53,503 nucleotides of DNA, filler included, from 4 parts of 4 records of this genome joined end to end with filler, not necessarily neighbours in it, one strand, 5' to 3'. Counted from the first letter of the whole stretch, positions 38,395-48,017 are shown. Translations and numbers: made by a program. Notes: generated by a model not told the origin, from the letters alone.

Positions 38395-40755
38395 TTAAAA
38401 AGGCAGGGTTAACGAAACCGATAGGTTCCTTCCGGCTTCCGGCACGTCGATGAGCCTGTAGAAGCTGGTATGATCATAATATTCTGTATTGAACACATTG
38501 TTGAGTTTTACGCGCAACAATGTGGGGTTTTGATTGTTAAACAGGTTGAGTTTGCTCATCACCGCGAGGTTGAGCATTTGGTAACCTGCTGTGATTTCTT
38601 CGGGGGGTACGATATCTGTCTGCGCTGCCGCAACACGCAAGTCGGCATTAAGATTCACGTCTTTAAAAAGGCTCCAATTGCCCAGGTTATAATTTGCGGA
38701 AAGCATCCCGATTAATGGGGGAGAAAATGGAATCGTAAATCCTTCTTTGGGTCCGCTCGTTTGTCTTGAATACACATATTCTGCGGAAGCGTCTAAACGA
38801 AAATCTTGAGAGACCTGCATTCCTGCGGTTACTTCACCACCGGTCCGGAATACTTCAGCCTGTGTGTATTCATACACCTGAAGCGTTTCAACATAATTTG
38901 AAGTTGGGTTGAGGTAGATGTAATTTTCAAAGTAGTTGAGAAACGGACTAACCCCAAAATTGAATCTGCCGGCAGTATGGGTTACTTCGGCGTCCAGTTG
39001 ATACGAAGCCTCCGGGTCCAGATCAAGATTTCCGCGCTCGTAGCGATACATATGATAATTCACCCCATCTGAAGCGAGTTCGTGCGCGAGCGGCATTCTA
39101 AAGCTCTTTCCGGCGTTCAGTTTATAGGTGGTGTTCCCGTGAATGTAACTGATGCCCACCGAACCGCTAAAACTTCCAAAATCAAGAGTTCTGTTTTCGG
39201 CGCGTTGCAGATATACGTTTGAGATAGACCCATCAGGGTTGTCCCGTGGCGAGCGGTACCAGTCATAATGCGCTTTGGTTGCTACGCGTCCCGCATCAAA
39301 CCGTAACCCGCCTTGCAAGTGTATGTCTTCGGTTAATTCAAAATGATCAAATAAATAAGCTCCGGCAGTGTAGCGGTCATACGCCGGAATCAAGAATCCC
39401 CAGCCGCCAATATTGTTGTTTTGTAATTCGGTATTGATTCCGGCAGAAAGGGTGTGATTTTCAACTTTAAAAATATCTTTCGCGTTTAGGGAATATGTGT
39501 TTTTTGTAAATACGCGTTCTCTACTGTTAGGCGGTGTAGGCATATAACCGTGAGGCACCGGCTCAGAATGTTCTTCACGCTGGTTATTTTGATAACCCAG
39601 GTCAAAATGCAAGGTGTGCTCATCTAGATTTATCGTGGTATTATTGGTGACTTTAACGTGATTTACTTTATGAAAAGGCAGGTCGATATCACGATTTGAG
39701 ACGTCATAATCAATGGTTGAAGAACGCACTTCAAGTCCGTGCGCATTGGCGAAGAATCCGTTTTTTGCATTGACGTTGCTTACAAAGGTTTCAGACCTGA
39801 AATTTTCGCTCACATAACCAAAACTGAAACTTCCGTTAGCTTCGCGACCGGCGGTATTTCTCAAGTCGTTATCATACAGCTCAAAGACATAATTCTCATA
39901 ATTAATACGGTCAGTAGGTACTTTGAAATCGGCATAATCACGATAGGTAAGCCGCGCCCGATAATACCACTTTTGTTTTCTGCCTTGTACTCCTGCTGAG
40001 ACTGCGAGAATGTCATTATTGGTTTCACCTAAAACATTGACTTCTCCGCCAAACGAATTGACCGCAGGTGCTTTTGAAGGCTGAATATCTACCACACCGG
40101 CAATGGCATCAGAACCGTACATTAAGGAAGCTGGCCCTTTAATAATGCGAATGTCTTGTATGCCGTATTGGTCGATCTCAAGGCCGTGATCGCTACCCCA
40201 TTGTTGCGCCTCGTGCTTGATCCCGTTTTGCACCACGCTTACCCGATTAAATCCAAGTCCTCTGATCGTAGGTTTAGATTGCCCCGAACCAATGGTCATC
40301 GTGCTGACGCCGGGTATTTTTCTAAGGGTTTGCATCAGGCTGTTTTCGCGATTGGCATGAAGAAATTCTTCATCTACGGAAACGGAAACAGTAGCCGATT
40401 CTTTCTCGATACGCGAACTGGTCTTTCCTTGTACCGAAACTTCGTCTAGCGAGGTACTGCTAGGCTTGAGTTTAATGACTAAAGGTGTGCTTTGATTGGC
40501 GTTAAGTGTGAATTTCGCGGAAGCGTAACCCAAATGCGAAACTTCAAAAACCGTTGAATTTTTAGGACTTTTCAGTCGAAAGGCACCTAAATCATCAGTC
40601 ACGGCATACGTGTTTTCGCCCAGAATGGTAACTCCGGAAAGTGGCTTTAATGAAACGGAATCTACAACAGAACCTTTAATGATTGAGGTTTGCTGCGCAA
40701 AGGAATATGTGCTAAGTACGAGACTTAGACATACAACCAGTAGTCTGAATAGCAT
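38395..40755 (-). CDS. TonB-dependent receptor with N-terminal carboxypeptidase-regulatory-like domain
   Basis: Signal peptide, plug motifs KPTIRGLG.NRV...QQWGSDHG and IIKGPASLMYGSDAIAGV, HSEPVPHG loop, terminal GRNLSVSLTLPF. Confidence 0.92.
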   Translation of the reverse strand: MLFRLLVVCLSLVLSTYSFAQQTSIIKGSVVDSVSLKPLSGVTILGENTYAVTDDLGAFRLKSPKNSTVFEVSHLGYASAKFTLNANQSTPLVIKLKPSSTSLDEVSVQGKTSSRIEKESATVSVSVDEEFLHANRENSLMQTLRKIPGVSTMTIGSGQSKPTIRGLGFNRVSVVQNGIKHEAQQWGSDHGLEIDQYGIQDIRIIKGPASLMYGSDAIAGVVDIQPSKAPAVNSFGGEVNVLGETNNDILAVSAGVQGRKQKWYYRARLTYRDYADFKVPTDRINYENYVFELYDNDLRNTAGREANGSFSFGYVSENFRSETFVSNVNAKNGFFANAHGLEVRSSTIDYDVSNRDIDLPFHKVNHVKVTNNTTINLDEHTLHFDLGYQNNQREEHSEPVPHGYMPTPPNSRERVFTKNTYSLNAKDIFKVENHTLSAGINTELQNNNIGGWGFLIPAYDRYTAGAYLFDHFELTEDIHLQGGLRFDAGRVATKAHYDWYRSPRDNPDGSISNVYLQRAENRTLDFGSFSGSVGISYIHGNTTYKLNAGKSFRMPLAHELASDGVNYHMYRYERGNLDLDPEASYQLDAEVTHTAGRFNFGVSPFLNYFENYIYLNPTSNYVETLQVYEYTQAEVFRTGGEVTAGMQVSQDFRLDASAEYVYSRQTSGPKEGFTIPFSPPLIGMLSANYNLGNWSLFKDVNLNADLRVAAAQTDIVPPEEITAGYQMLNLAVMSKLNLFNNQNPTLLRVKLNNVFNTEYYDHTSFYRLIDVPEAGRNLSVSLTLPF

Positions 40756-40918
40756 GCGTAAAAAGAATAAGGATTAAACTTCCTTAGAAAAAGGAAATAG
40801 GGAAATCAGAGGGTTATCCTTCTCATATAATACAAGTGGTCAATAGGAATCAATACCTAACGACAAGCCACAAGAGCGCTATGCTTTTGAGGTTGTATTC
40901 TAAAAAAAGAGGATAAGA

Positions 40919-41236
40919 TTATGCTGCCGGTGGAGGCCGGGAAAACAGGTGATAGGAATATGATGTTCCTTGGTAAAAAACAGCAGAAGTAATTGGCTGT
41001 TTTTCTTGATATTCCGGGTAAAAAGAATCAGGAACAAATGCTTCAGGCTCTTGCAAGATTACAGCAGTCTGATGTTCTGTTACCAAAACGTGACAAATCG
41101 CACAGTCGTCCTTTACGTCTGTATCTTCGTGAGTAAGCACGTGAAGACCGGCCATTTTCGTAGTAAGAAAAAAGGCTAGGAATAAAAGCGAGATGTACTG
41201 TTTTATTCGTGCGTTCATAGTGCGATACAATCCCAA
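40919..41236 (-). CDS. Putative metal-sensing leader peptide (DUF2946/CruR/CutF-like); start at 41236 or 41218
   Basis: Hydrophobic N-terminus, HVLTHE...DDCAICH, and C-terminal SRPPPAA*. Directly upstream of a TonB-dependent receptor. Confidence 0.7.
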   Translation of the reverse strand: MGLYRTMNARIKQYISLLFLAFFLTTKMAGLHVLTHEDTDVKDDCAICHVLVTEHQTAVILQEPEAFVPDSFYPEYQEKQPITSAVFYQGTSYSYHLFSRPPPAA

Positions 41237-41263
41237 TGCTACCTAAATACTGCGATAGCGCGG

Positions 41264-41307
41264 CAAAAATAGGAATTCCATCTCAACTTTATGCAACAAA
41301 GCTGCGT
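41264..41307 (-). promoter_or_regulatory. Bacteroidota promoter with overlapping palindromic operator (possible Fur/Zur-family site)
   Basis: Minus-strand TATTTTTG (TAnnTTTG) at 41264-41271 and imperfect palindrome ATGCAAC-AAA-GCTGCGT at 41291-41307 over the expected -33 region. Confidence 0.5.
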
Positions 41308-41385
41308 TAATTTGAATACGGAGTTCCGCGTGCTGGTTGTTTGATTTTATTTAGCAGCCACCAAAGAGAATACACTCGAGAGCTA

Positions 41386-44300
41386 TTACTGCTGGAGCTG
41401 AACATCTAAATAAACCGAATGTCTGTCATAGGTTTCAAAAAAGGGCTTAAAAGTTGTGCCATCTATAGTGAACTCCAGTGCTTTTGGATCTCCGGAAATG
41501 GTTTTTCCGAGATCTTCGGCGTTGAGGGTGATTGTTCTAAAATCGGTGCTTGGGGCTTCTTCTTGTGCCGCTAAAAGTACAGGCCCATAAAACAGACTTG
41601 CGATATTTTCTTGATCCATAATAGGATCTAGCCTAAAGCTAAATGGCATTTTGAGTGCTACAGTATCCCCATTTTTCCAGCTTCGGCTAAGCTTCAGGTA
41701 GCTGCCGGGTTTAGCATTTGTTTTTTGAATTTTTCCGTTGATTTTGACCTCGATGCCATTGGTTGCCCAACCGGGAATTCTCAAATGCAAATCAAACTTT
41801 GCTTTTCCGTTGATGATCAATTTGGTTTGATCTTCTCGCGGATATGCCGTCACTTGTTGAATACTGATCTGCTGTTCGCTCCACTGTAAAGTAGATGGAA
41901 CAAAGAGATTTACATAAAGCGCTTTATTATCCTGACTTTTAAAATAAATCGAATTTTGAAGCTTGGTGCTGCTTTCTATCGCGGTTCCGTTACAGCAGGT
42001 AAAACCACTCATATCTGCATTGCTAAACTGTTTTTTAGAGCCGGGACGCAACGGAATATGATACGTATTCGCCGGAGTATGCTCTGCCACCGATGCCAAG
42101 ATCTGATTATAAAGCGCTTGCTCATAATAATCCATCAACTCGGGTTGCTGATTGTAGAGAAATAAACCACGACTTAATTTGAGCATGTTGTAGGTTCCGC
42201 AGGTTTCGTTTTGACCACCAGCTGATAACCCATTTTCATACAAGGTAGCCGGCTGCGCGACAAAGCATTCTGCATTTGCCGGATTTCTAGCACCTGCCAC
42301 ACCGCCAATGCTATACATATAATCGTTTTTAGTTTTATACCAAAAATTATCGGCGATATGATAATAGGCAGCATTTTTAGAGTTTCGATATAATTCTAAT
42401 GCGCCCATAATCTGAGGAATGTGTTGATTGGCGTGCAGACCGCGATAAGTGTCTACATTTTTTGCGAGTCCGTGATTATGCTGAGCATCACCATAAAATA
42501 CCTTGATATTATCAAACAGCTGGGCTGCTTTCAGATAGTTTTCATTCTCGGTTATGCGGTATAAATGAGCAAGCGACTCGTTAATGCCGCCAAACTCTCC
42601 GGCGATATAGGTATTCCACATTGTGATCAGCGTTTCCGTAGGGAGTTGGCTTAGACGGGCATATACCCAACTCGCCATTCCCTCTGCGGTATGCAGCGCT
42701 TTTTCATTTCCGCTTACTTCATATACATCCAGAAGTCCGGCTAGAATTTTATGTAAGGTGTAATAAGGAGCCCAAACCTGTGTTTCCTGACCACCATATT
42801 TTGCGCCGTGCTCAAGCATTATAAATTGGTCTGGCGGATAGGCGCTAATGTACCCTTCACCCCAATTCCAATAATCTGTACGAATACCCGCTTCGCTTAA
42901 ATCTGATGAGTAAATCTCTTTATTTGGACCGGTAGGAACGGCAGTAGGATCGCTGACGAAAGTTGCGCTTGCAGTTGTTGGTTTTCCTGAGCGTTGTGAT
43001 AAATCATAAAGCGTATTTACCATATAGCTCATCTTTGCTTCAAAATTTTGCTGAAGCGTGTTGTCATAGCCTGTACTCGCATAGGCTTGGGCGATCGCGG
43101 TTAAATAATGCCCGGTTGCGTGGCCGCGAAGTTTTGTTTCTTGCGTATCCCAAACGCCAAGAGGCGTTGCTCCTTCAGGTTGAGGCTGCCCAAAAGCATT
43201 TCTAAACATATACAAAAACGAGTCAGGGTTGGTGCCAGCCAGTGTAGTGATAAACTTATCGCGATTCTCAATAAATTTTGATTTTTGGCCCAAACGGTTT
43301 GCATCAAGACTTACCTCATTTAAAGCAAACGCTTCAAGGGTGCGTTGCGGCGTTTCTTGGGCATTACCTTTTTTGACCACTACGGTCGCTTTAGGCTGAA
43401 AAGAAGTGCCTAATACTTGGCCTGTAATTTCATAAGTTCCCGGTTGCAGCACGCTGCTATTATCTGTTGGTGCTGGCCAGATCACACGAACTTTAGTCGT
43501 GTTTACCGGTATTTTATACGTTGCGTCAACAAAACGAGGCAAGCGCGGAAGTTGGCCCACGACGGTTTCTACTGTAAGATCTGAGACACCTGTTAAATAG
43601 TTATTATACAATTGCGGCACATCATCAGCAAACTGCGGAAGGTTGTCTTCAGGCTCGTGACGCTCATTGACCACACTTTCTTCTTTGCCGGTGGCGATGG
43701 CGTAAATGTTTTTTACTTGATTTTGACTCAGCGGTATTCGGTAGATTCTAAAATCGTGCAGCTTGGCTTGTAAGTTAGCCACAGAAGCAGCAAGTGATTT
43801 GCCTAAGTACAGGGTATTATTTTCAGTATTGATTATGGTGTTCAAGTCAAATGCGCTCAACGTTTTTTGAGAAGCCAAAGCCCCGTTGAGGTAGATTTCT
43901 AAGCGCTGAGCAGTAGCATCTACAATTACTGCAAGATGCGCCCAAGTACCACTATTTAATTTGGAAAAAGTACCGGTGAGAGCGTTAGCGTTTGATTTTA
44001 AAACAACATTTCCTGAGACCGGATTAACATAAAAATGCCGGGCTGAATCTTTACCAAAATCAAACAGTGTTTGGTTTTCAGTATTTTGATCGAGTTGAAT
44101 CCAAGTGGAGATCGACAAGGATTCCATACTGTTTAAGGTGGTTTTCGGGAGTTGAACGAACGCCGCGTCAGTTAAAGAAAGCACCTTATTAAAAGTGGAG
44201 TCAGTGGTAAATTCAGCATTTTCTGATAAAGTGGCGTGGAGATTATTTCGCGACCAATCTTTAGCATTTCCATCAAAAATATAGCGTGCAATAAGCGCAG

Positions 44301-44409
44301 TTTCACCTATTCCGTCAAGCATTTGATCCCCATTTTGAGCAACTAATGTGGTGCTGTTAAGGCTTAAAACAGAAAGTAAGAAAACATAAAATATTCTGGA
44401 GAACTTCAT
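41386..44409 (-). CDS. Secreted GH127/GH146-like beta-L-arabinofuranosidase with LamG and Ig-like N-terminal modules
   Basis: LRGHATGHYL, WAPYYTLHKI, EFGG, HANQHIP, ETCGTYNM, TCCNGT. LamG-like W.HLAV...IYLNG...DFRIY. Confidence 0.85.
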   Translation of the reverse strand: MKFSRIFYVFLLSVLSLNSTTLVAQNGDQMLDGIGETALIARYIFDGNAKDWSRNNLHATLSENAEFTTDSTFNKVLSLTDAAFVQLPKTTLNSMESLSISTWIQLDQNTENQTLFDFGKDSARHFYVNPVSGNVVLKSNANALTGTFSKLNSGTWAHLAVIVDATAQRLEIYLNGALASQKTLSAFDLNTIINTENNTLYLGKSLAASVANLQAKLHDFRIYRIPLSQNQVKNIYAIATGKEESVVNERHEPEDNLPQFADDVPQLYNNYLTGVSDLTVETVVGQLPRLPRFVDATYKIPVNTTKVRVIWPAPTDNSSVLQPGTYEITGQVLGTSFQPKATVVVKKGNAQETPQRTLEAFALNEVSLDANRLGQKSKFIENRDKFITTLAGTNPDSFLYMFRNAFGQPQPEGATPLGVWDTQETKLRGHATGHYLTAIAQAYASTGYDNTLQQNFEAKMSYMVNTLYDLSQRSGKPTTASATFVSDPTAVPTGPNKEIYSSDLSEAGIRTDYWNWGEGYISAYPPDQFIMLEHGAKYGGQETQVWAPYYTLHKILAGLLDVYEVSGNEKALHTAEGMASWVYARLSQLPTETLITMWNTYIAGEFGGINESLAHLYRITENENYLKAAQLFDNIKVFYGDAQHNHGLAKNVDTYRGLHANQHIPQIMGALELYRNSKNAAYYHIADNFWYKTKNDYMYSIGGVAGARNPANAECFVAQPATLYENGLSAGGQNETCGTYNMLKLSRGLFLYNQQPELMDYYEQALYNQILASVAEHTPANTYHIPLRPGSKKQFSNADMSGFTCCNGTAIESSTKLQNSIYFKSQDNKALYVNLFVPSTLQWSEQQISIQQVTAYPREDQTKLIINGKAKFDLHLRIPGWATNGIEVKINGKIQKTNAKPGSYLKLSRSWKNGDTVALKMPFSFRLDPIMDQENIASLFYGPVLLAAQEEAPSTDFRTITLNAEDLGKTISGDPKALEFTIDGTTFKPFFETYDRHSVYLDVQLQQ

Positions 44410-44585
44410 AATAGGCTTGGCGCATTGTGATTGTGTTGTAAATATATCGTATTGAATTACTTGCTTTTGCTCATAATTTAGTCAATACTGGTATTTTTTT
44501 AGCAAAGATGCCGGAAAGCCATTTTTCTGTTGCGGTTTATAGAAGTGATAAAAGGTTTTAATGGCTAGAGGTTATTGATCTAAAG

Positions 44586-44713
44586 TGGTTCGGTTGTATC
44601 CAAAGCGGGTAATTTTTACGCAGAGTAACTTCTGAATCAAATTGATATTTGTCTGTAAATTGTTGTTTTTCAGTTTTTTAAATTTTTCAAAGGTATTTCG
44701 GATAGCTTTTTGA
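44586..44713 (+). promoter_or_regulatory. Candidate enhancer site(s) plus degenerate sigma54 promoter for the 4HB-HK-RR genes
   Basis: CGGGTAATTTTTACGCA (44606-44622) matches the sites at 47826 and 47846. A weaker copy lies 20 bp upstream, and GG-N10-GA is at 44700-44713. Confidence 0.5.
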
Positions 44714-44758
44714 TTTTAAGCGTGTTGACGTTCATCACATTTTAAAATTTTTGAGTTT

Positions 44759-45340
44759 ATGGCACGTAGAATACATACATTTTTAGCGCTTTTGGTCGTG
44801 TTTTTAATGGTGTTAGCAACCAATAGAATCGATCAGCATCATTTTGAAAAAGCACAGGAAACCGTCAACGAAGTTTTTAAAGATCGTGTCTTAGTTCAAG
44901 GCTATATTTTCTCAATTGCCCAAGCTCTACACGAGAAAGAACTAATGCTGGCGCAGCAAACTTATAATCGATCTAAAACTACCAATACCGCTATTGAAGA
45001 TTTGATAGCCGATTTTGAAACTACAAAACTCACGCGTTCTGAGGCAGAACTTCTCAGTCAGTTTAAAAGTGATTTTGTCGCATTACAGAAGTTAGAGACA
45101 CGGTCATTACAGCCTGAAATGGTTGCTCAACAGCAACGTCAGATCACAGACTTAAAAGAGTATTTAAACAAGTTGTCTGAAATTCAGATCACCGAAAGCA
45201 GAAACCTCACAACTAGCGCGCAAAAATCGCTTGATATGAGTAATATGATCGCCAATTTTGAAATCTTCTTTCTCATTTGCATTGGGATCGCATTACAGAT
45301 CATTGTTTTTTATAAAGCTAAAAAGAGTGTCAAGGCTTAA
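44759..45340 (+). CDS. Stand-alone membrane protein with MCP-type four-helix-bundle sensor domain
   Basis: Two TM helices around a helical domain (VFKDRV...F.TTKLT.SE...L.EIQI.E). Only a short basic cytoplasmic tail. Confidence 0.72.
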   Translation: MARRIHTFLALLVVFLMVLATNRIDQHHFEKAQETVNEVFKDRVLVQGYIFSIAQALHEKELMLAQQTYNRSKTTNTAIEDLIADFETTKLTRSEAELLSQFKSDFVALQKLETRSLQPEMVAQQQRQITDLKEYLNKLSEIQITESRNLTTSAQKSLDMSNMIANFEIFFLICIGIALQIIVFYKAKKSVKA

Positions 45341-45409
45341 TTAATCGCACAGTCTTAGACGGCCGATTCTCATATTGTAAAAAGGTTAACTAACTTAGTA
45401 GAAATCTAA

Positions 45410-46495
45410 ATGGATTCAATGAGCACTATTGAGGCAGCGTTAAAAGAACGTATTAAAGAATTGACATGTTTGTATGAAGTTTCTTCAATTTTAGTTGATG
45501 CAGACCCTAAAGAACATATAAAAACATTTACGGCTATCGCGCAAAGTATAAAAGTGGGGTTTCAGTATCCTGAAGATACCGAAGTCGTGATTGAGCAAGG
45601 TTCGATACATGTTGCGACAGGAACTATTTTAACCGATAAATTTCTTTCCACAAAAATTAAAGTTTTTGATGCGGTTGAAGGATTCATCAAGGTTTATTTG
45701 AACAAGGAATCTTTAGACTTTTTACCCGAAGAGCAACCGCTTATTGATAACATTGGGATTAAAATTGGCGATTACCTGGATCGTGTAGCCAGTAAACAGA
45801 ATGCAGCACGACTACGGCAACAAATGGAACATGCTGACCGATTAGCGATCATTGGAGAGCTGACGGCTGGGATTGCGCACGAGCTCAACACGCCGCTGGC
45901 TAATATTTTAGGCTTCGCCGAATTGCTCAAAGAAGATCTGGAAGAAAATTTTTCGGTGGCTGCGGATTTAGATAAAATTATCAAGAACGCGATTTTCTCC
46001 AGAGAAGTGGTTAAAAAGCTTATGTTTTTCTCCAGAGCGATGCCTCAAGAAAAAACTTTGGTCAATATTGTGCCGCAGGTCAGAGAGGCGATGAATTTAC
46101 TCGACGCAACTTTTAGAAAAGAAAATGTGCGTTATACGGTGACCATCGCTGATGAAGAAATGTTGCTCGAAGTTGATACGGTGCAGCTTACCCAGATTTT
46201 GTTTAACCTGACCATCAATGCGATTTATTTTTCACCACCTGATGGCTTGGTGCAGATCAAAGTGAATCAAGATGCCGAAACGATTTATCTTGAAATTATA
46301 GATGAAGGTCCGGGCCTTTCAGATGAAGGATTAGAGAAAGTGTTTCAACCCTTTTTCACGACAAAGCCTACAGGTTCAGGTGCCGGATTAGGATTAAGCG
46401 TGGTTCACGGAATCGTAACTAGCCATAACGGAAGCATTTCGGCAAAAAATAATGAGGATAAAGGTGCAACCTTTAAAGTAAGTTTACCCAAATAA
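45410..46495 (+). CDS. Soluble NtrB-like sensor histidine kinase
   Basis: LKERIKELTCLY N-terminus, GELTAGIAHELNTPL, QILFNL..NA, DEGPG, PFFTTK, GAGLGL. No TM helix seen. Confidence 0.92.
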   Translation: MDSMSTIEAALKERIKELTCLYEVSSILVDADPKEHIKTFTAIAQSIKVGFQYPEDTEVVIEQGSIHVATGTILTDKFLSTKIKVFDAVEGFIKVYLNKESLDFLPEEQPLIDNIGIKIGDYLDRVASKQNAARLRQQMEHADRLAIIGELTAGIAHELNTPLANILGFAELLKEDLEENFSVAADLDKIIKNAIFSREVVKKLMFFSRAMPQEKTLVNIVPQVREAMNLLDATFRKENVRYTVTIADEEMLLEVDTVQLTQILFNLTINAIYFSPPDGLVQIKVNQDAETIYLEIIDEGPGLSDEGLEKVFQPFFTTKPTGSGAGLGLSVVHGIVTSHNGSISAKNNEDKGATFKVSLPK

Positions 46496-47814
46496 TGAGA
46501 TTACGTAAAGAAAATATATTGATCGTAGATGATGATTTGCACATTCTAGAGTTGCTGCAACGGCATCTGCACAGCTGGAATTATCATACGTACAGAGCGG
46601 TTTCTGTAAAAGAGGCGGTTGCGATCTTAAAGGATACGCACGTAGATCTGCTGATCACTGATTTAAAAATGCCTCAAATAGATGGTTTTGAACTCATCAA
46701 ATTTGTTACCGAGCATTATCCTGATCTACCTAAACTGGTGGTTACCGGGTTTCCTTCGGTGCAAGATTCTTTAAAGGCGATAAAGTCTGGCGTAGTAGAA
46801 TACCTCACTAAACCGTTTACCAAAGGTGAGTTGCAAGCCGCCGTAGCTAAGGCGTTGCCCAAGTCAAGTAAGGAGGTTGTCAAAAACGATACGGCAAAGC
46901 CCAAGCAACACGGGGAAATTATAGGTGCTTCAGAAAAGATAGAAGAAGTTTTACAGATCATAGACCGGGTAAAAGACAATAAAGCCACCATTTTTATCAA
47001 CGGTGAAAGTGGTACTGGTAAAGAGCTTGTTGCCCGGGCAATTCATTACGAAGGTAAGTTTAGCAAAGCACCATTTATCCCTGTCAATTGCGGTGGAATA
47101 CCTGAAAATCTTCTTGAAGCCGAATTGTTTGGGTATACCAAAGGAGCTTTCACAGGTGCAGATAAAGACCGAAAAGGAGCGTTTCAAGCTGCGCAAGGCG
47201 GAACTATTTTTTTAGATGAAATAGGTAATGCTTCGTTGGCGGTACAAGCACGACTGCTTAGGGTTTTGCAAGAAAAGGAAGTGGTTCGCGTGGGCGCACA
47301 AAAGCCCGAAAAAATAGATGTCAGGGTCATCGCAGCTACAAATAACAATCTAAGGGAAATGATAAAAAAACAAACCTTTAGAGAGGATTTGTATTACCGG
47401 CTGAGTGTTGTAGAGATTCCTTTGCCGGCCTTGCGCGAGCGTATGTCTGATATTCCGCTATTGGTAGATAAATTTCTATTTAAATACGGGGTAGAATATA
47501 AAGATCGTTTTATACGTATTGATCCAGAGGCACTCGAGATACTCAAGCGGTACACCTGGCCCGGAAATATTAGAGAATTAGAAAATATAATTCAGCGGGC
47601 GGTGATTATGTGTGATAAAGCCGTAGGCGTTAAAGATCTTCCTGATCATTTAAAATACAACCTTGAAATGCCAGAAAACAAATTGGTTTCTCTGGCAGAA
47701 ATGGAACGCGACTACATCAAAAAAGTGCTTCGATCTACCGGAAATAACAAAACGAAAGCAGCAGAAATTCTTCAGATAACCCGCAAAACCTTGCGACATA
47801 AATTAGATAATTAA
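46495..47814 (+). CDS. NtrC-family sigma54-dependent response regulator
   Basis: REC domain, GESGTGKE, GAFTGA, FLDEIG, FREDLYYRL, WPGNIRELEN and Fis-type HTH. Confidence 0.95.
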   Translation: MRLRKENILIVDDDLHILELLQRHLHSWNYHTYRAVSVKEAVAILKDTHVDLLITDLKMPQIDGFELIKFVTEHYPDLPKLVVTGFPSVQDSLKAIKSGVVEYLTKPFTKGELQAAVAKALPKSSKEVVKNDTAKPKQHGEIIGASEKIEEVLQIIDRVKDNKATIFINGESGTGKELVARAIHYEGKFSKAPFIPVNCGGIPENLLEAELFGYTKGAFTGADKDRKGAFQAAQGGTIFLDEIGNASLAVQARLLRVLQEKEVVRVGAQKPEKIDVRVIAATNNNLREMIKKQTFREDLYYRLSVVEIPLPALRERMSDIPLLVDKFLFKYGVEYKDRFIRIDPEALEILKRYTWPGNIRELENIIQRAVIMCDKAVGVKDLPDHLKYNLEMPENKLVSLAEMERDYIKKVLRSTGNNKTKAAEILQITRKTLRHKLDN

Positions 47815-47825
47815 GCAGTGAAAAT

Positions 47826-47862
47826 CGGATAATTTTTACCCGTATCGTGTAAAAATTATCCG
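47826..47862. promoter_or_regulatory. Two 17-bp palindromic enhancer (UAS) sites
   Basis: CGGATAA-TTT-TTACCCG (47826-47842) and CGTGTAA-AAA-TTATCCG (47846-47862), about 90-125 bp upstream of a sigma54 promoter. Confidence 0.7.
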
Positions 47863-47951
47863 AATGTATTCTTCAACTAAAAATGTTTATTTTTTATAAA
47901 TAACTGAAATTCAGTTTATTGAAAACTAGTATTGATAGGTTTTTATAGTGT

Positions 47952-47966
47952 TGGCACGTGCCTTGC
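47952..47966 (+). promoter_or_regulatory. Sigma54 -24/-12 promoter
   Basis: TGGCAC-GTGCC-TTGC is an exact consensus match. Confidence 0.85.
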
Positions 47967-48017
47967 CTTTATATAGGCAAGAAAATCAAATAATTAATAA
48001 CTATAAATATCAATACT

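Noticed and set aside
47825-47863. Inverted repeat after the response regulator as an intrinsic terminator
   Set aside because: AT-rich stem with no U-tract. Each arm is itself a palindrome that recurs at 44606, so enhancer sites explain it better.
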